Origin: Octopus vulgaris
Lineage: Eukaryota
Direction of reading: 5' to 3'
Length of the DNA: 64,000 nt
Assembly (NCBI GenBank): GCA_951406725.2
Contig: OX597814.1
Span: 10,230,001-10,294,000 of the forward strand
The notes under the pieces were generated by a model. That model was not told where the DNA came from. It saw only the letters and a program-made list of their open reading frames with translations, and did no database searches. Within the stretch, counting starts at the first letter, position 1; every line of letters starts with the position of its first letter. Made by a program: the position numbers and the translations under genes. Positions 1 to 14,072 of this stretch are shown in pieces.

Positions 1-153
1 CCGTATTTTATAATATCCTGAATTACGTAAAAGATATTATGGTTACTGTTAGAACATCTTTAACTATAAGTCTATCCGATCGGAGTTGAACTGGTGATTG
101 AAATGCGAATAAAATCCCCCACCTTTTGTCTCTTTATAATGTCTCTTTACATC

Positions 154-462
154 ATGTAATGATGGTATGTCCATTTGTAAACTAGGAGTCCCGTTCATTT
201 ACATGTAATGATGGTATGTACAATTGTAAACTAGGGGTCTCGTTCATTTACAAAATGTAATGACGGTATGTCCAATTGTAAACTAGGAGTCTCGTTCATT
301 TACAAAATGTAATTATAGTATGTCCAATTGTAAACTAGGGATCTCGTTCATTTACAGCATGTAATGATGGTATGTACAATTGTAAACTAGGGGTCTCGTT
401 CATTTACAAAATGTAATGACGGTATATCCAATTGTAAACTAGGGGTCTCGTTCATTTACAGC
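154..462. repeat. Minisatellite, 6 copies of a 49-52 bp unit
   Basis: Unit ATGTAATGATGGTATGTACAATTGTAAACTAGGGGTCTCGTTCATTTACAAA starts at 154, 203, 255, 307, 359 and 411; degenerate echoes continue to ~545. Confidence 0.95.
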
Positions 463-913
463 ATGTGATTGTGCTTTTATGGTATGTAACAATGGTATGA
501 GTATTTTTGAGCCATCACCTATTCACGATACGTAATGATGGTATGAATGTCTGTGAGCTGCGAGTCTCACCCACGCGCAAAAACCCGATACCAGTGACCA
601 GAGATGACCGCATGATACCCTCCGCGTGTTGCTGGCACAGATATTCTTGCCAGTTCCTTGTTTGTGACACGTAGAGACATTGCTGAAATTGAAATATAAT
701 GAATCAAGAAAGAAATGAAAGAAATCAAGTATGAGAACGAAAGAAAAAAACCGAAAGGAAGAAGCTTTGAGGACAAGAATGAAAACATGAAGATAAAGAA
801 AGACTGAAAATACGAAGAGACAAAATTAAACTGAGAAATGAAATCGAGAAATTGCGAAGATGTAAAGAGTATAAAAAACATATGCAAACTGATTGATTGT
901 GAAAGAGAGGATA

Positions 914-914
<1 letters not shown>

Positions 915-949
<35 letters not shown>

Positions 950-1308
950 AGAGAGAAAGATGGGGATAGAGAGAGATGAGGCAGGTATGTTAGATTTTAG
1001 ACAGGCGGGTTAGGTGTAGAAGGGAAAGTTAGAGGTGAACCGTTTTAAAGAGAAAATAACTGATTGAGAATGCAGAAAGGGTGACCAGATGAGAAATGAA
1101 GACAAAGTGAGCGATTGAGGGGATTAGGTCAATACACACACACACACACACACACACATACACACACATACATACATACAAACATACATACATATACATA
1201 CACACATACATACACACATACATACATACATACATACATACATACATACATACATACATACATACATACATACATACATACATACATACATACACACACA
1301 CATACACA

Positions 1309-1361
<53 letters not shown>

Positions 1362-1477
1362 ACATACACACACACACACACACACACATACATACATACG
1401 TACGTGTGTGTGGTTGTACGTGTGTGTGCTTATGTGTGTGTGTGTGTGTGTGTGTGTATTCTTGTTATGTGTGTTCG

Positions 1478-1512
<35 letters not shown>

Positions 1513-2415
1513 AAGTGAGAGAGAAGGAATGTGATATAATTGATGTTCTTGGTAAACGATGATGGTAAATGACTAAATGACAAGGGTGATGGTACTGGTT
1601 GGTGTGGTGGTGTTGGTGGTGATGGTACTGGTGGTAGTGGTGGTGGTGGTGGTGGTACTGGTGGTACTGGTGGTGGTGGTGGTGGTGGTGGTGATGGCAA
1701 TACCATTGGTGAGATGCGAGTGATTGTTTGGGGAAGGGAGCAAAGTTGAGGAGGGAATTATTGGCGAAACTGTCTACATTAAGTGACTGTTGCATTACGA
1801 AGAAAAGCTCTAACAGCATTTGGTGGCTATCAGTAAGGAATTTGAATTGTCTACAGAACTGGCAAAAGTAGCTTAGCACCATCTCATTAGCAATGGCAAT
1901 GTCATTAGCAGAAAGGCGAGGTACATAAGCGTATCAAGATGGTGTCGATCTGTTTGTTGTATGTATGTGCATGTATGTATGTATGTATGTATGTATGTAT
2001 GTATGTATGTATGTATGTACGTACGTATGTATGTATGTATGTATGTATGTATGTATGTATGTATGTATGTATGTATGTATGTATGTATGTATGTATGTAT
2101 GTATGTATGCATATGTATGTATGTATATATATATATATATATATACACATACATATATATATATTTGTATGTATATATATGTACGTATATTTGTATATAT
2201 ATATATACACATATATATATTTGTATGTATATATATATGTAAGTATATATGTATATATATATATATATATATGTACGTATATATGTGTGTATATATATAT
2301 TTGTATGTATATATATATGTGCGTATATATGTATATATATATATATATCAGTATGCATGTATATATGTATTTGTATGAGATATATGAGAAGGAATGATAG
2401 TGTTTAACTGTGTTG

Positions 2416-2453
<38 letters not shown>

Positions 2454-2866
2454 TAAGAGACAGTGTTTGAATGAGTGGTTCTGTCCGTAGGTGATTGAGA
2501 CACACCGAGAGTGTGACAGTATTCCCGCATATGTGTATGTATATGTATACGTACATGTATTGTGTTCGTATATCCATTACACATACACGCACGCAATACG
2601 CTGAGACATTCACATATCTGTATGTGAATGTGTTTGGCTGCTCCAAGATCGTATGCATTAACACGTATCTATGCTTCTATGTATGATGTAAGGTAACGTA
2701 TTACATATACATGTGAGTGTATGTAATTTGTGTTCATGTACGAGTGTATCGCTCAGTGCATTCATCTCTGTGAGTATGGATGTGAGCATATATGTTAATG
2801 TATGTGTATGTTAGTAAATAAGTTCTCAATGTGCTTTTATGTGCGTGCTTCATACACACACAAACG

Positions 2867-2900
<34 letters not shown>

Positions 2901-2936
2901 CACACGTTTATGCCACTCTCTCTTTCTCTGTCTATA

Positions 2937-2982
<46 letters not shown>

Positions 2983-3077
2983 GTGTGTGTGTGTGTGTGT
3001 GTGTTGTGTTGTGTGTTTGCATATATGATACATGTGTATCTATATTGAATGAAAGTCATACATACACACACATACAA

Positions 3078-3109
<32 letters not shown>

Positions 3110-3220
3110 GTATGTATGTGTGTGTGTATACATAGATATACATAGATATATGTATAAATGTATAAGTGTATATGTGTATGTATACATACGTATGTATATA
3201 TACATCTATACGTATATATA
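915..3220. repeat. Compound microsatellite field: (GA)n, (CA)n, (TACA)n, (GT)n, (GGT)n, (ATGT)n, (AT)n
   Basis: Directly visible. Similar fields recur throughout the window and generate most listed ORFs. Confidence 0.95.
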
Positions 3221-3675
3221 GAAGCGTACTTAGCTTCGGCAATACACTATCTGAATGAACCAATAAGATATAGGTATGGACTGGCAATGGGAATAATGTG
3301 ATTGGAGAACGATGACCATTTCTGGATTAAGGCCATCTAAGAGATAATGTTCAAATTACTTGTGAGACTTGACAGCATGTCCAGATAGAAGATAAGGTGT
3401 TATGAGCTCTTTCTTTCCTCTTTTATCTCACAGGATTTCCTTTCCTATCCTTCATCTTCTCAAATCCAAACTCCTACACTCTGTCTATCATTCCATCCAT
3501 TATCCGATCGCCATTTTATCTCCTTTCTTTCGTCATGTATTGTGGCGTACAACACACACACACACACATACACACTCATATGCATGCACATACAAACACT
3601 GACGCACAGAAACAAACGCATATATGCATATATATATACATATACACACACACACAATATGTATGTATGTATGTT

Positions 3676-3718
<43 letters not shown>

Positions 3719-3733
3719 ATAGATAGATAGATG

Positions 3734-3794
<61 letters not shown>

Positions 3795-3816
3795 CACGTA
3801 TATATATACGTACACA

Positions 3817-3887
<71 letters not shown>

Positions 3888-3908
3888 TTAGATATATGTA
3901 TGTATTAA

Positions 3909-4500
3909 TCAATATATATAAAACTGAGAATGTGTGTCTGGCTGTCTGTCTGTTTGAATCCCTAAAACTTGAGAACTACACAACCAATTTCATTCAAATT
4001 TTACACATGCCTTACTTAGTGTCCAGGGTGTGTCATGGGCAAAAAAGATTTTAACTTCTTGCCTAGGGCGAGCCCACAGCAATATCCTATCTTTTCCACT
4101 ATGAATCCCTAAAACTTGAGAACTACACAACCAATTTCATTCAAATTTTACACATGTCTTACTTCGGGTTCATGTAGTGCCATGGGCAAAATACTTCTAG
4201 CTTCTTGCCTAGGGCGAGCTCACAACAATATCATATCTTCTCCACTATTTCAGTATTATGTGTTAAAAGTGAAACAAAAACATCTCTCTATTGTAATGTC
4301 AGATACTTTCACTTAAATACTGAAACTATTAAAGTCAAACTATTATATAAGAGGGATGACCCATTAACAGTGGACATCCATTTTGCTAGAAGTGGACATC
4401 CATTTTGCTATGGTCTTATATGCTACACCACTGGTTTTCAATTCATATTAATCAAATTAATATTCAATTTCTCACCCTTAATATTTAAAATTTAAATGTA
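3909..4500 (+). mobile_element. Non-autonomous Helitron-like 5' fragment with an internal ~147-bp direct repeat
   Basis: Starts TC-AATATATATAAAACTGAG then (GTCT)n-like and CCAATTTCATTCAAATTTTACAC, typical of Helitron-N 5' ends. 3955-4101 is repeated at 4102-4248. No CTRR 3' end seen. Confidence 0.6.
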
Positions 4501-4633
4501 TACATTTATTTCTATATATATAGATGTATATGTATACATGTATATGTGTAGATATATATATATATATAGATGTACATGTAATATGTACACATATATACAT
4601 GCATACATATATACACCCATACACACACACACA

Positions 4634-5250
4634 GGTGCAGGTGTGGCTGTGTGGTAACAAACTTGGTCCAAAACACATAGTCCTCAGTTCAGTCCCACTG
4701 TGTGGTGACTTGGCATGTGTCTTCTGCTATAGCCTCAGATCAACCAAAGCCTTGTCAGTGGATTTTGTAGACAGAAACTAAAAGAAATCAATCGTATATA
4801 TATATATATGATTATATGTAAGTCTGTGTGTGTCTTTGTGTTTCTCCCTCATCACTGCCTAACAACTGGTGTTCGTTTATTTATATCCCCAATAACTTAC
4901 TGGTTTCACAAGAAGAAACTGATAGAATAAGGCTTATCAAAATAAAAATGAAAAACACTAGGCAGTATCCTATATTTTTGTTTGCCCACACAATTTATCT
5001 TTGTGCGTGTGTGTACACATACACACACACACACACATATATATATATAGATAGATAGATTTCGTAGACAGAAACTTAAAGAAATCAATCGTATATATAT
5101 GTATGTATATATTTAAGTGTATGTGTGTGACTTTGTTTCTGTGTTTCACCATCATCACTGCTTCACAATTGCTGTTTGTTTATTTACATCCCCATAACTT
5201 ACTGGTTTCACAAGAAGAAACTGATAGAATAAGTACCAGGTTTATCAACA
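4634..5250 (+). mobile_element. Degenerate SINE family A copy with a duplicated 3' part
   Basis: Similar to the full copies at 29295 and 55001; the block GATTTCGTAGACAGAAACT...AGAAGAAACTGATAGAATAAG occurs twice. Confidence 0.75.
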
Positions 5251-5317
5251 TAAAAAAGCACTACGCTGTGTCTCATATTTTTGTTTGCCCACTCAGTTGT
5301 ATCTATCTATTTATCTT

Positions 5318-5381
<64 letters not shown>

Positions 5382-5419
5382 ATATATATATAATACACAC
5401 ACACACACGCGCGCACGCA

Positions 5420-5516
<97 letters not shown>

Positions 5517-5532
5517 ATATGTGTACATTTAT

Positions 5533-7210
5533 ATTTATTATATCAAAGACAATGTCGTTATGTGTTCGTGTATTACTTATACATTCGAAAACTGCTGCAC
5601 CGATCATAATGAAATTTGGAACAGAAATCGAAGCCCAGGGAGAAGGGTAATGCTGTGTGTTTCATAAAATTTCATGGACTAAAATTTCTGAATGGGTCCT
5701 TATGATATTTGAAACTTAGATTCAATGCATAAGGGCGGGTATAATGCAATATGTTTGGTTTGAATTTCGGATGGCTTAAAGGGGGCAGATCCCCACCAAG
5801 AAAATTCATAAATTTTCGATGTCGATGAAATTTCAACCATGGGTAATTGACACACATGAAGAAGTATTCTCAAAGTTTCCACTTCACATGAGGATTCTAA
5901 GACACCCTAATGGGGGCCTTATCTCACAAATTTTAGTCATTTCTTTTATGATCCAAAACTAAGTCAAAAGTACTGAATGAATCTTTACGAACTTTTAGAA
6001 ATTATATTCTTTGCATAAGGGCCATAACCCCCATGACAATTCATATATTTTTGCTGTTGATGAACTTTTAATCATAGATATTAGATACAAATGAAGTAAT
6101 ATTTATAAAATGTCATCTTCTTACAAGTTAGAAAAACCCCACCATGGGGACTTAACACCCACAATTTTGTCCTTTTATCTAAGCAAAGACGAATAGTTGT
6201 ACTCTTGGAAGCTGCGGGGTCATCCGAGCATAGAAGATGCGCATTATTTGTAATTCAATGGTACAACAATGTAAGAGTTTGCGTTGACATACACTTAGAA
6301 TGTGATTGCTGCAATGTGCTGCATAAATTGTCAAGTAAATGAGAGGCATCTTTGCCTCCACTGATTCAGCTGCAAAGTGTTGAGTAAAGTTATTTGATTG
6401 CAGATCTACTTTCAGTCTTTTTATTATCACTCGGTCACACATAGTCCCCACATGGTAACATTGATTTTAAGGCCTTCCCAGATGAGTAACTGGTTATTCA
6501 AAGACATTTATAGATTGTATATTTATTCTGTCCAGTTACGTATCAGCATAGTGGTCATTTGCAAACTCCAACTTTCATTTCTCCTTAGCCCTCACGTCAG
6601 ACAGTTGTTAATGTTTATTTCAGTTGGGTCACGCCCTTCCAATTGCTATAAATTCGTAATGCATCTTACTGCTGTGCCTGTCATCTGGATGGTGCGGAAT
6701 CCTACATTGGGAGTGGTAACGTCTAGGGTACTGTAGCTGACTGCGTATTGTGATCATTCGTCTTTTGGTTTCCTGTAGCTTTGCTCTCTTTTACAAACCC
6801 AGTGAACATGTATTTCCTATTTCAAAGATATTCAAACAATAGATATAAGATCCAAGTTAAAAAGATTCTCAACAATTCAACTTCTCTGGTTGACATTAAG
6901 ATGCCCACCCCCAACAGGGGCCTTAACTCTCACATTTTAGAGCTCTACGACCTTCATTTTTCAGGAGCAAAATCCTTTTAACAGGTTCTATACGACTGGA
7001 ATTTTGGAATATGCGCATAAAAATCAGCAGTATGGGTTAGATGTGGCACGATTACAATTTTGTTTGGGTGTGTAAAGAGGGAAATAACCCTCATCTGCAA
7101 TTTGGATGAAATTCGAAACATATGTATTCCAGTTCATTACGGAAAATATAACAGAAAAGTCTAATTCTTCAATTGTATGTAACACGAGCAACGCCGGGTA
7201 TGTCTGCTAG
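5533..7210 (+). mobile_element. Non-autonomous Helitron (~1.7 kb)
   Basis: Helitron-type 5' region (AAAACTGCTGCACCGATCATAATGAAATTTGG); 3' GC hairpin CGAGCAACGCCGGG followed by CTAG|T at 7207-7211; diverged internal repeats. The 5' boundary is approximate. Confidence 0.7.
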
Positions 7211-7287
7211 TAATTATATATATACATGCATATGTGTTTGTGCGTATATATATATGTGCATATTCATACATTTAAACGTATACGCAC

Positions 7288-7323
<36 letters not shown>

Positions 7324-7324
<1 letters not shown>

Positions 7325-7718
7325 TAGCAGTATCGCCCGGCGTTGCTCGGGTTTGTAAGGGAAATAACTATAAATCATTTTTAGAGAGTTATAGCAAAAA
7401 AATAGCAAAAAATGCATTAAAAATGGAAAAGAAATTATGGTAAATTTTTTTAAAAATCGTTGACTCATCGTAGACATTTTTAGAGAGTTATTTCCCTTAT
7501 ATAATAGCGAAAAAATGCATTAAAATGGAAAAAATGATGGTAAATTATTTTTAAAATCGTAGACTCATCGTAGACGCGCGCTAATACCCAGAAGGGCTCG
7601 ATATGAATCACGACTATAAGATACCCGGTTTTGGTTAAACTGCATCGCAAAATGTGGGAGTAGTTAGGAATCTAAATCGGAGTAGACAGACATACAACCT
7701 TTCTTTTATATATAAAGA
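7324..7718 (-). mobile_element. Complete non-autonomous Helitron (395 bp)
   Basis: Minus strand reads A|TCTTTATATATAAAAG...CCCGAGCAACGCCGGG-CGATACTG-CTAG|T. It is inserted at an A|T in (AT)n with no TSD and has an internal ~110-bp duplication. Confidence 0.85.
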
Positions 7719-8359
7719 TATATATATATATATATATATCCATCCATACATACATACATAGTCGTTTTTATTTGTATATATATGTGTGTGGGTGTGTGTG
7801 TGTGTGTGTACATATACATATATCTATCTTGTGTCTGTGTATGTGTGTGACTGTAAAATAATTACGTACACTTACATAAGTTATATATTGTTACGAAACC
7901 TATTTTCATATATTTCCTCTAGTTATCTCCATTGTGTGTCTAAAATTCTCCTTTCCGCAGTTTACTCTCTGATATTTTGGTAGCCCTAGTTTCACCTTAG
8001 TTATACGCACGTACGTTCATACATAGAACGGATATACATGCATCATACATACTAGCATCATACATACATGCAAGTATGCATTATGCAATTGCATACATGC
8101 ATACACACATGCGAACACAAAAAATACGTATGTATCAATTTATCGTTATATATACGAATAAATGTAATTGCGCATAATAAGGTTTATACATATAACTGCT
8201 ATATAACTACACAACTACGCATGCTCAACCATGCATAGAGCATTTCCTTTTTCATACATCTCACTCATGTACAAACAGACACACGTACACACATACATAC
8301 ATACATACATACATACATACATACATACATACATACATACATACATACATACATACATG

Positions 8360-8391
<32 letters not shown>

Positions 8392-8693
8392 CCTACCTAC
8401 CTACATACATACATACATACATACATACATAAATACATACATACATACATGCATACGTACATACATACATGCATACATGCACAGACATTCTCATGTAGCT
8501 GTCCAACCATGAAGCACACATGTGATGCTACATGTCTACACATTTTATCAGTTGTTACCATCTTTTCCCTGTTTTCCTTATTCCTTTCCTGTTCATGCTT
8601 GTTAATTTATAATCACCCTTTCTTCTTCTTCTTCTTCTTCTTCTTCTTCTTCTTCTTCTTCTTCTTCTTCTTCTTCTTCTTCTTCTTCTTCTT

Positions 8694-9433
<740 letters not shown>

Positions 9434-9438
9434 TTCTT

Positions 9439-9516
<78 letters not shown>

Positions 9517-9539
9517 GTTATTATTATTATTATTACTTT

Positions 9540-9862
9540 TTTTTTCTTCTTTCAAATTTGCTTCCATTTCTTGCCGAGTGTCTTCCCGACTCCTAGGGCA
9601 AAGAAACTCATAGTATACAATGGTAGGCCATTAAACCAAACTCAGTAGTTCGTTCATTTTTTTTTTTTTTAAGTTAAATTAAAATACATGAGCAGCAACA
9701 GTTCTCACATCGACAATGCTCTTCTCAATACGTGTGATGTACCAGTTAAGACAATCTTTTGCACTTCTTGCAGGGATGGTAAGCCAGGGATCATTCTCAT
9801 ATAATTTTTGGTTCCCTTCTTGATCATTCCTAGTGCTCCTACGATCACTGGTATTGTAGCCC
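9540..9862 (-). mobile_element. Second, distinct R4/Dong-like 3' fragment
   Basis: Minus translation ATIPVIVGALGMIKKGTKNYMRMIPGLPSLQEVQKIVLTGTSHVLRRALSM*, followed by a different 3' UTR and a (TAA)n tail. Confidence 0.85.
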
Positions 9863-9871
9863 GATCACTGG

Positions 9872-9927
<56 letters not shown>

Positions 9928-10482
9928 GAGTGAGCGAGCAGAGCATGCCATCAAAGTGACACTGGGGTAAAATATTCGAAGCCCAGTATACCCATCATGA
10001 CTACCCGTCTGATAAGGGTACACCAGGCACATGCATCACAACCATATGTGCGCGACATGGTGATCTCATATCAAGATAAACAGCACATGACTTTGCAGGT
10101 GGAGCCCAGTTAGAATTTTCTTCAGATCGAGTAACCCATCCCGCTCAAAAGGTCCCTGAATAAGGGTTGTTTAAGGACGTTGAACGAAACACCCATGTTT
10201 CCAGAGGTGAATTATTCAAACCCCAAAGAATCCTTCTAAACACATGGCTATGATGCTCCCCCACTACTTCTGCTCGTGATCAGAGATGCACATATCGTCA
10301 GCCACTAAGGGACATGCTCAACTGGTTAAGGTCAAACAACTGACAAGCAAATCTGTGGTATTGAGCAGAATATTTGCTGTAGCCCATCTTTTATACCAAA
10401 GACAAAACAATGTACATGATAACACTTCCAATCAGTTAAGATCAGAAGCCATGAGAGTCACTGCCTGGTACTGCATCAGGAC

Positions 10483-10484
<2 letters not shown>
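9928..10484. mobile_element. Unclassified non-coding insert bounded by (TTA)n on both sides
   Basis: A sharp-edged, GC-richer ~560-bp block between TTA arrays, next to two RLE fragments. No protein motif recognised. Confidence 0.5.
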
Positions 10485-10524
<40 letters not shown>

Positions 10525-10723
10525 CATTATTATTATTATTATTTAATTATCAGTCTTCTTTTTCTTCTTCTTCCTCTGTCACATCCTCCTCCTTCTCCCT
10601 CTTCTTCCCCTCCACCTTTTAGTAAATCTCTCATCTCAATCACCTTATTCTCATCCTTTTTTCCTGGTTATTTCAACACTTTCCTCCCCATCCGTCTTTT
10701 TCTCTCTCTTACTCTCATACACA

Positions 10724-10776
<53 letters not shown>

Positions 10777-11140
10777 ACATACATGCACACACCATAACTT
10801 TGTATATTCATGTCATCGTCTTCATCCTTATCACCTCCACTTTCATCGTTGTCATTTTGAATTCCTTTGCCATCAATACCAACCCTATATTTACCACCAC
10901 CACCACCACCACCACCACCACTACTACCACCACCATCACGACCACAGCACCAAAATGTGTTATTCGATCCCACCTCATTCCATATTACAACACCTTCCTC
11001 TTATGCGCCACCGTAATCTTAGGTTCTAGCAGACTTACATTGTTATACGCAACACCACGTCACCCGCCATCAATTTTATCGACTTAATCGCACTTTGCGA
11101 ATCAAGTATCGAAATTCTTCTATACCTTTTCCTTCTTGCT

Positions 11141-11197
11141 ATCATCATCGTCATCATCACTTTCATCATCATCATCACTTTCATCATCATCATCACT

Positions 11198-11228
<31 letters not shown>

Positions 11229-11230
11229 CT

Positions 11231-11261
<31 letters not shown>

Positions 11262-11700
11262 CTTTCATCATCATCATCGTCGTCGTCATCATCATCATCA
11301 TCATCACTTTCATCATCATCATCGTCGTCGTCGTCATCATCATCATCATCACTTTCATCATCATCATCGTCGTCGTCGTCATCATCATCATCATCATCAT
11401 CATCACTTTCATCATCATCATCATCACTTTCATCATCATCATCGTCGCCGTCATCATCATCATCGTCGCCGTCATCGTTCGTCATCATTAATCATCATTA
11501 TCATCATTGTCGTTACCATCTCAGCATTAGCAGCAGCAGCAGCAGCAGTGGCAGCAGCAGTACCATTGTCGTTGTCATCGTCACCGTCATCACCGTCACC
11601 GCCATCGCGATCATCATATCACCGTTTTCATCGTCGTTATCGTCGTCGTTGTCGCCATCGCCGTCGCAGTCGCACTCGCCGTCATCATCATTACACCGTC
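11141..11700. repeat. (CAT)n/(CGT)n trinucleotide array with recurrent CACTTT interruptions
   Basis: Directly visible; gives poly-H/S/D/M pseudo-ORFs. Confidence 0.9.
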
Positions 11701-12184
11701 CAATAAATAATTCAACGCCATATCGGTAATTGGAAATTTAGAGAAGAGCGGCAACGGAAGCAAAAATGTGACATCATGAACTCGACACCAATCTTTATCC
11801 ACATTTAGAGATCTCTCCCAATCCCTACTCCTATCATCTCCTGGTCCCAATCATCCCCAACCTACATCGTTCTCAAGCCACTGTAAAACCTCGTGAAACC
11901 TCGCGAAACCTCTTCCGTCATTAGCAACAAATGCACTTAGATTTACGTTTATAAACTATATAATCACTCTGTCCAACATAAAGCTTTTAATTTCTCTGCT
12001 TTTCATTTTCTAGTTTCACTTTCATTTTCTTACTTTCACTTTCATTCTTCGGTGACTTGTTATCACGAAGTTTCGACAGATCATGACACGCCGTTGAGTT
12101 TAGCCACTAGGTGAATAAACTCTGCTATTTTACTTAAGAACGGCTTCTCTAAAAATGGTCAAACATTCGCGCATATATATATAC

Positions 12185-12281
<97 letters not shown>

Positions 12282-13231
12282 CATATATATATACATATAT
12301 ATATATATACATATATATATATACATATATAAACATATATATATATACATATATATACATATATATATATTTATATATATATATAAATAAATATATATAT
12401 ATATGTATATATATATATTTATAAGCAAGTGTTTATATTAAACATATATATCCATATGCGCAGACGTACATACGCACACACGCAGACACACACACGTATG
12501 TAAATACGCATATGTACATATATATATATATATACATACACATATATATACACATGTATATACACAAATATATATACGTATATGTACACATATATACATA
12601 CACACGCATACATATATGTACATACGTGTGTGGGTGTGTGTGCTTGTGTGTCAGGTGTGTGTATGTGGTTATGGACGATTTCTTGCATTTCCTTTCCTTC
12701 TTTATCCTCCAAGATGTTTATAAGGAAAGGATTAGCTATGATATTAAGACTATGCCGACTCAGATGTTGCTCACGATGGGGTGGTATCAACACGAGACAA
12801 TCTAGTTTTAAGAAAGGCAAGCATTTGTTGATTTGCACAGATTTACCGCTTTCTACCAAGTGAGCAATGGCGCTTATAAACTGGCGAAAACACGAATGAA
12901 CTAAACAGAATCAATAAGACTAGACAAATACATACCTATACTCAAATGCACATAGATTTACACATTTATACTCACGTGTTTGCAGGTGTATACAACTGTG
13001 CGTGCATATACATGCATACATACATACATACATACATACATACATACATACATACATACATACATACATACATACATACATGCATACTTACATATATACA
13101 AACATACATACGTACATATATATATATGTAAATATATAGCGTGAAAAACCTCATAAGTGAAAATTTTATCAATTATTCCATTTAAATATATTTATTTATT
13201 TATTTAAATATATTTGTTTATGCCCTCATAG

Positions 13232-13397
<166 letters not shown>

Positions 13398-13600
13398 ACT
13401 CTTTTACTTGTTTGAGTCATTTGACTGCGGCCATGCTGGAGCACCGCCTTTAATCGAGCAACTCCACCGCGGGACTTATTCTTTTGTAAGCCCAGTAGTT
13501 ATTCTATCGGTCTCTTTTTGCCGAACCGCTAAGTAACGGGGACATAAACACACCAGCATCGATTGTCAAGCAATGCTAGGAGGACAAACACAGACACACA
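13398..13600 (-). mobile_element. SINE family A, 3' half
   Basis: Reverse complement of ...GGTGCTCCAGCATGGCCGCAGTCAAATGAC...AAGTAAAAGAG. Confidence 0.85.
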
Positions 13601-13613
13601 AGCACACACACGC

Positions 13614-13715
<102 letters not shown>

Positions 13716-13811
13716 TGTATAAAATTCGTGCGTAAGGCCAAAACAATGCGAAGTAAATGCAAGGTGAATCACATGAAAACAAATATGTGAATTTAGTGTA
13801 GACTTATCTTG

Positions 13812-13852
13812 AATTCAATATTTCGAGGTTATGACCCCGTTTTCAAGAAATT
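13812..13852 (-). ncRNA. Minimal hammerhead-like motif, U3-A8 core variant
   Basis: Minus: atttc-TTGAAAA-c-ggggt-cata-acctc-GAAA-ta-TT-gaatt; stem I is weak. Confidence 0.5.
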
Positions 13853-13995
13853 GACGAATGTTGCCGATGTGCGTGTGTGTGAGCGTACATGCGAGCGTAC
13901 ATGTGAGTGAACATGCGGAGAAGGGTGTTGCTATAGCAACAAGCTAGCTTCCTGCAACTCCCTTCTATTGTTGATCTTGTGTTTCATTTGATCTC

Positions 13996-14072
<77 letters not shown>

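Noticed and set aside
154-462. CRISPR-like regular repeat
   Set aside because: Head-to-tail units with no unique spacers, no cas genes, and a eukaryotic context.
1029-1882. Pro-rich and His-rich ORFs
   Set aside because: Derived from (GGT)n and dinucleotide repeats.
11035-11729. Poly-His/Ser/Asp/Met ORFs
   Set aside because: Trinucleotide repeat open in several frames, with no splice signals or complex domain.
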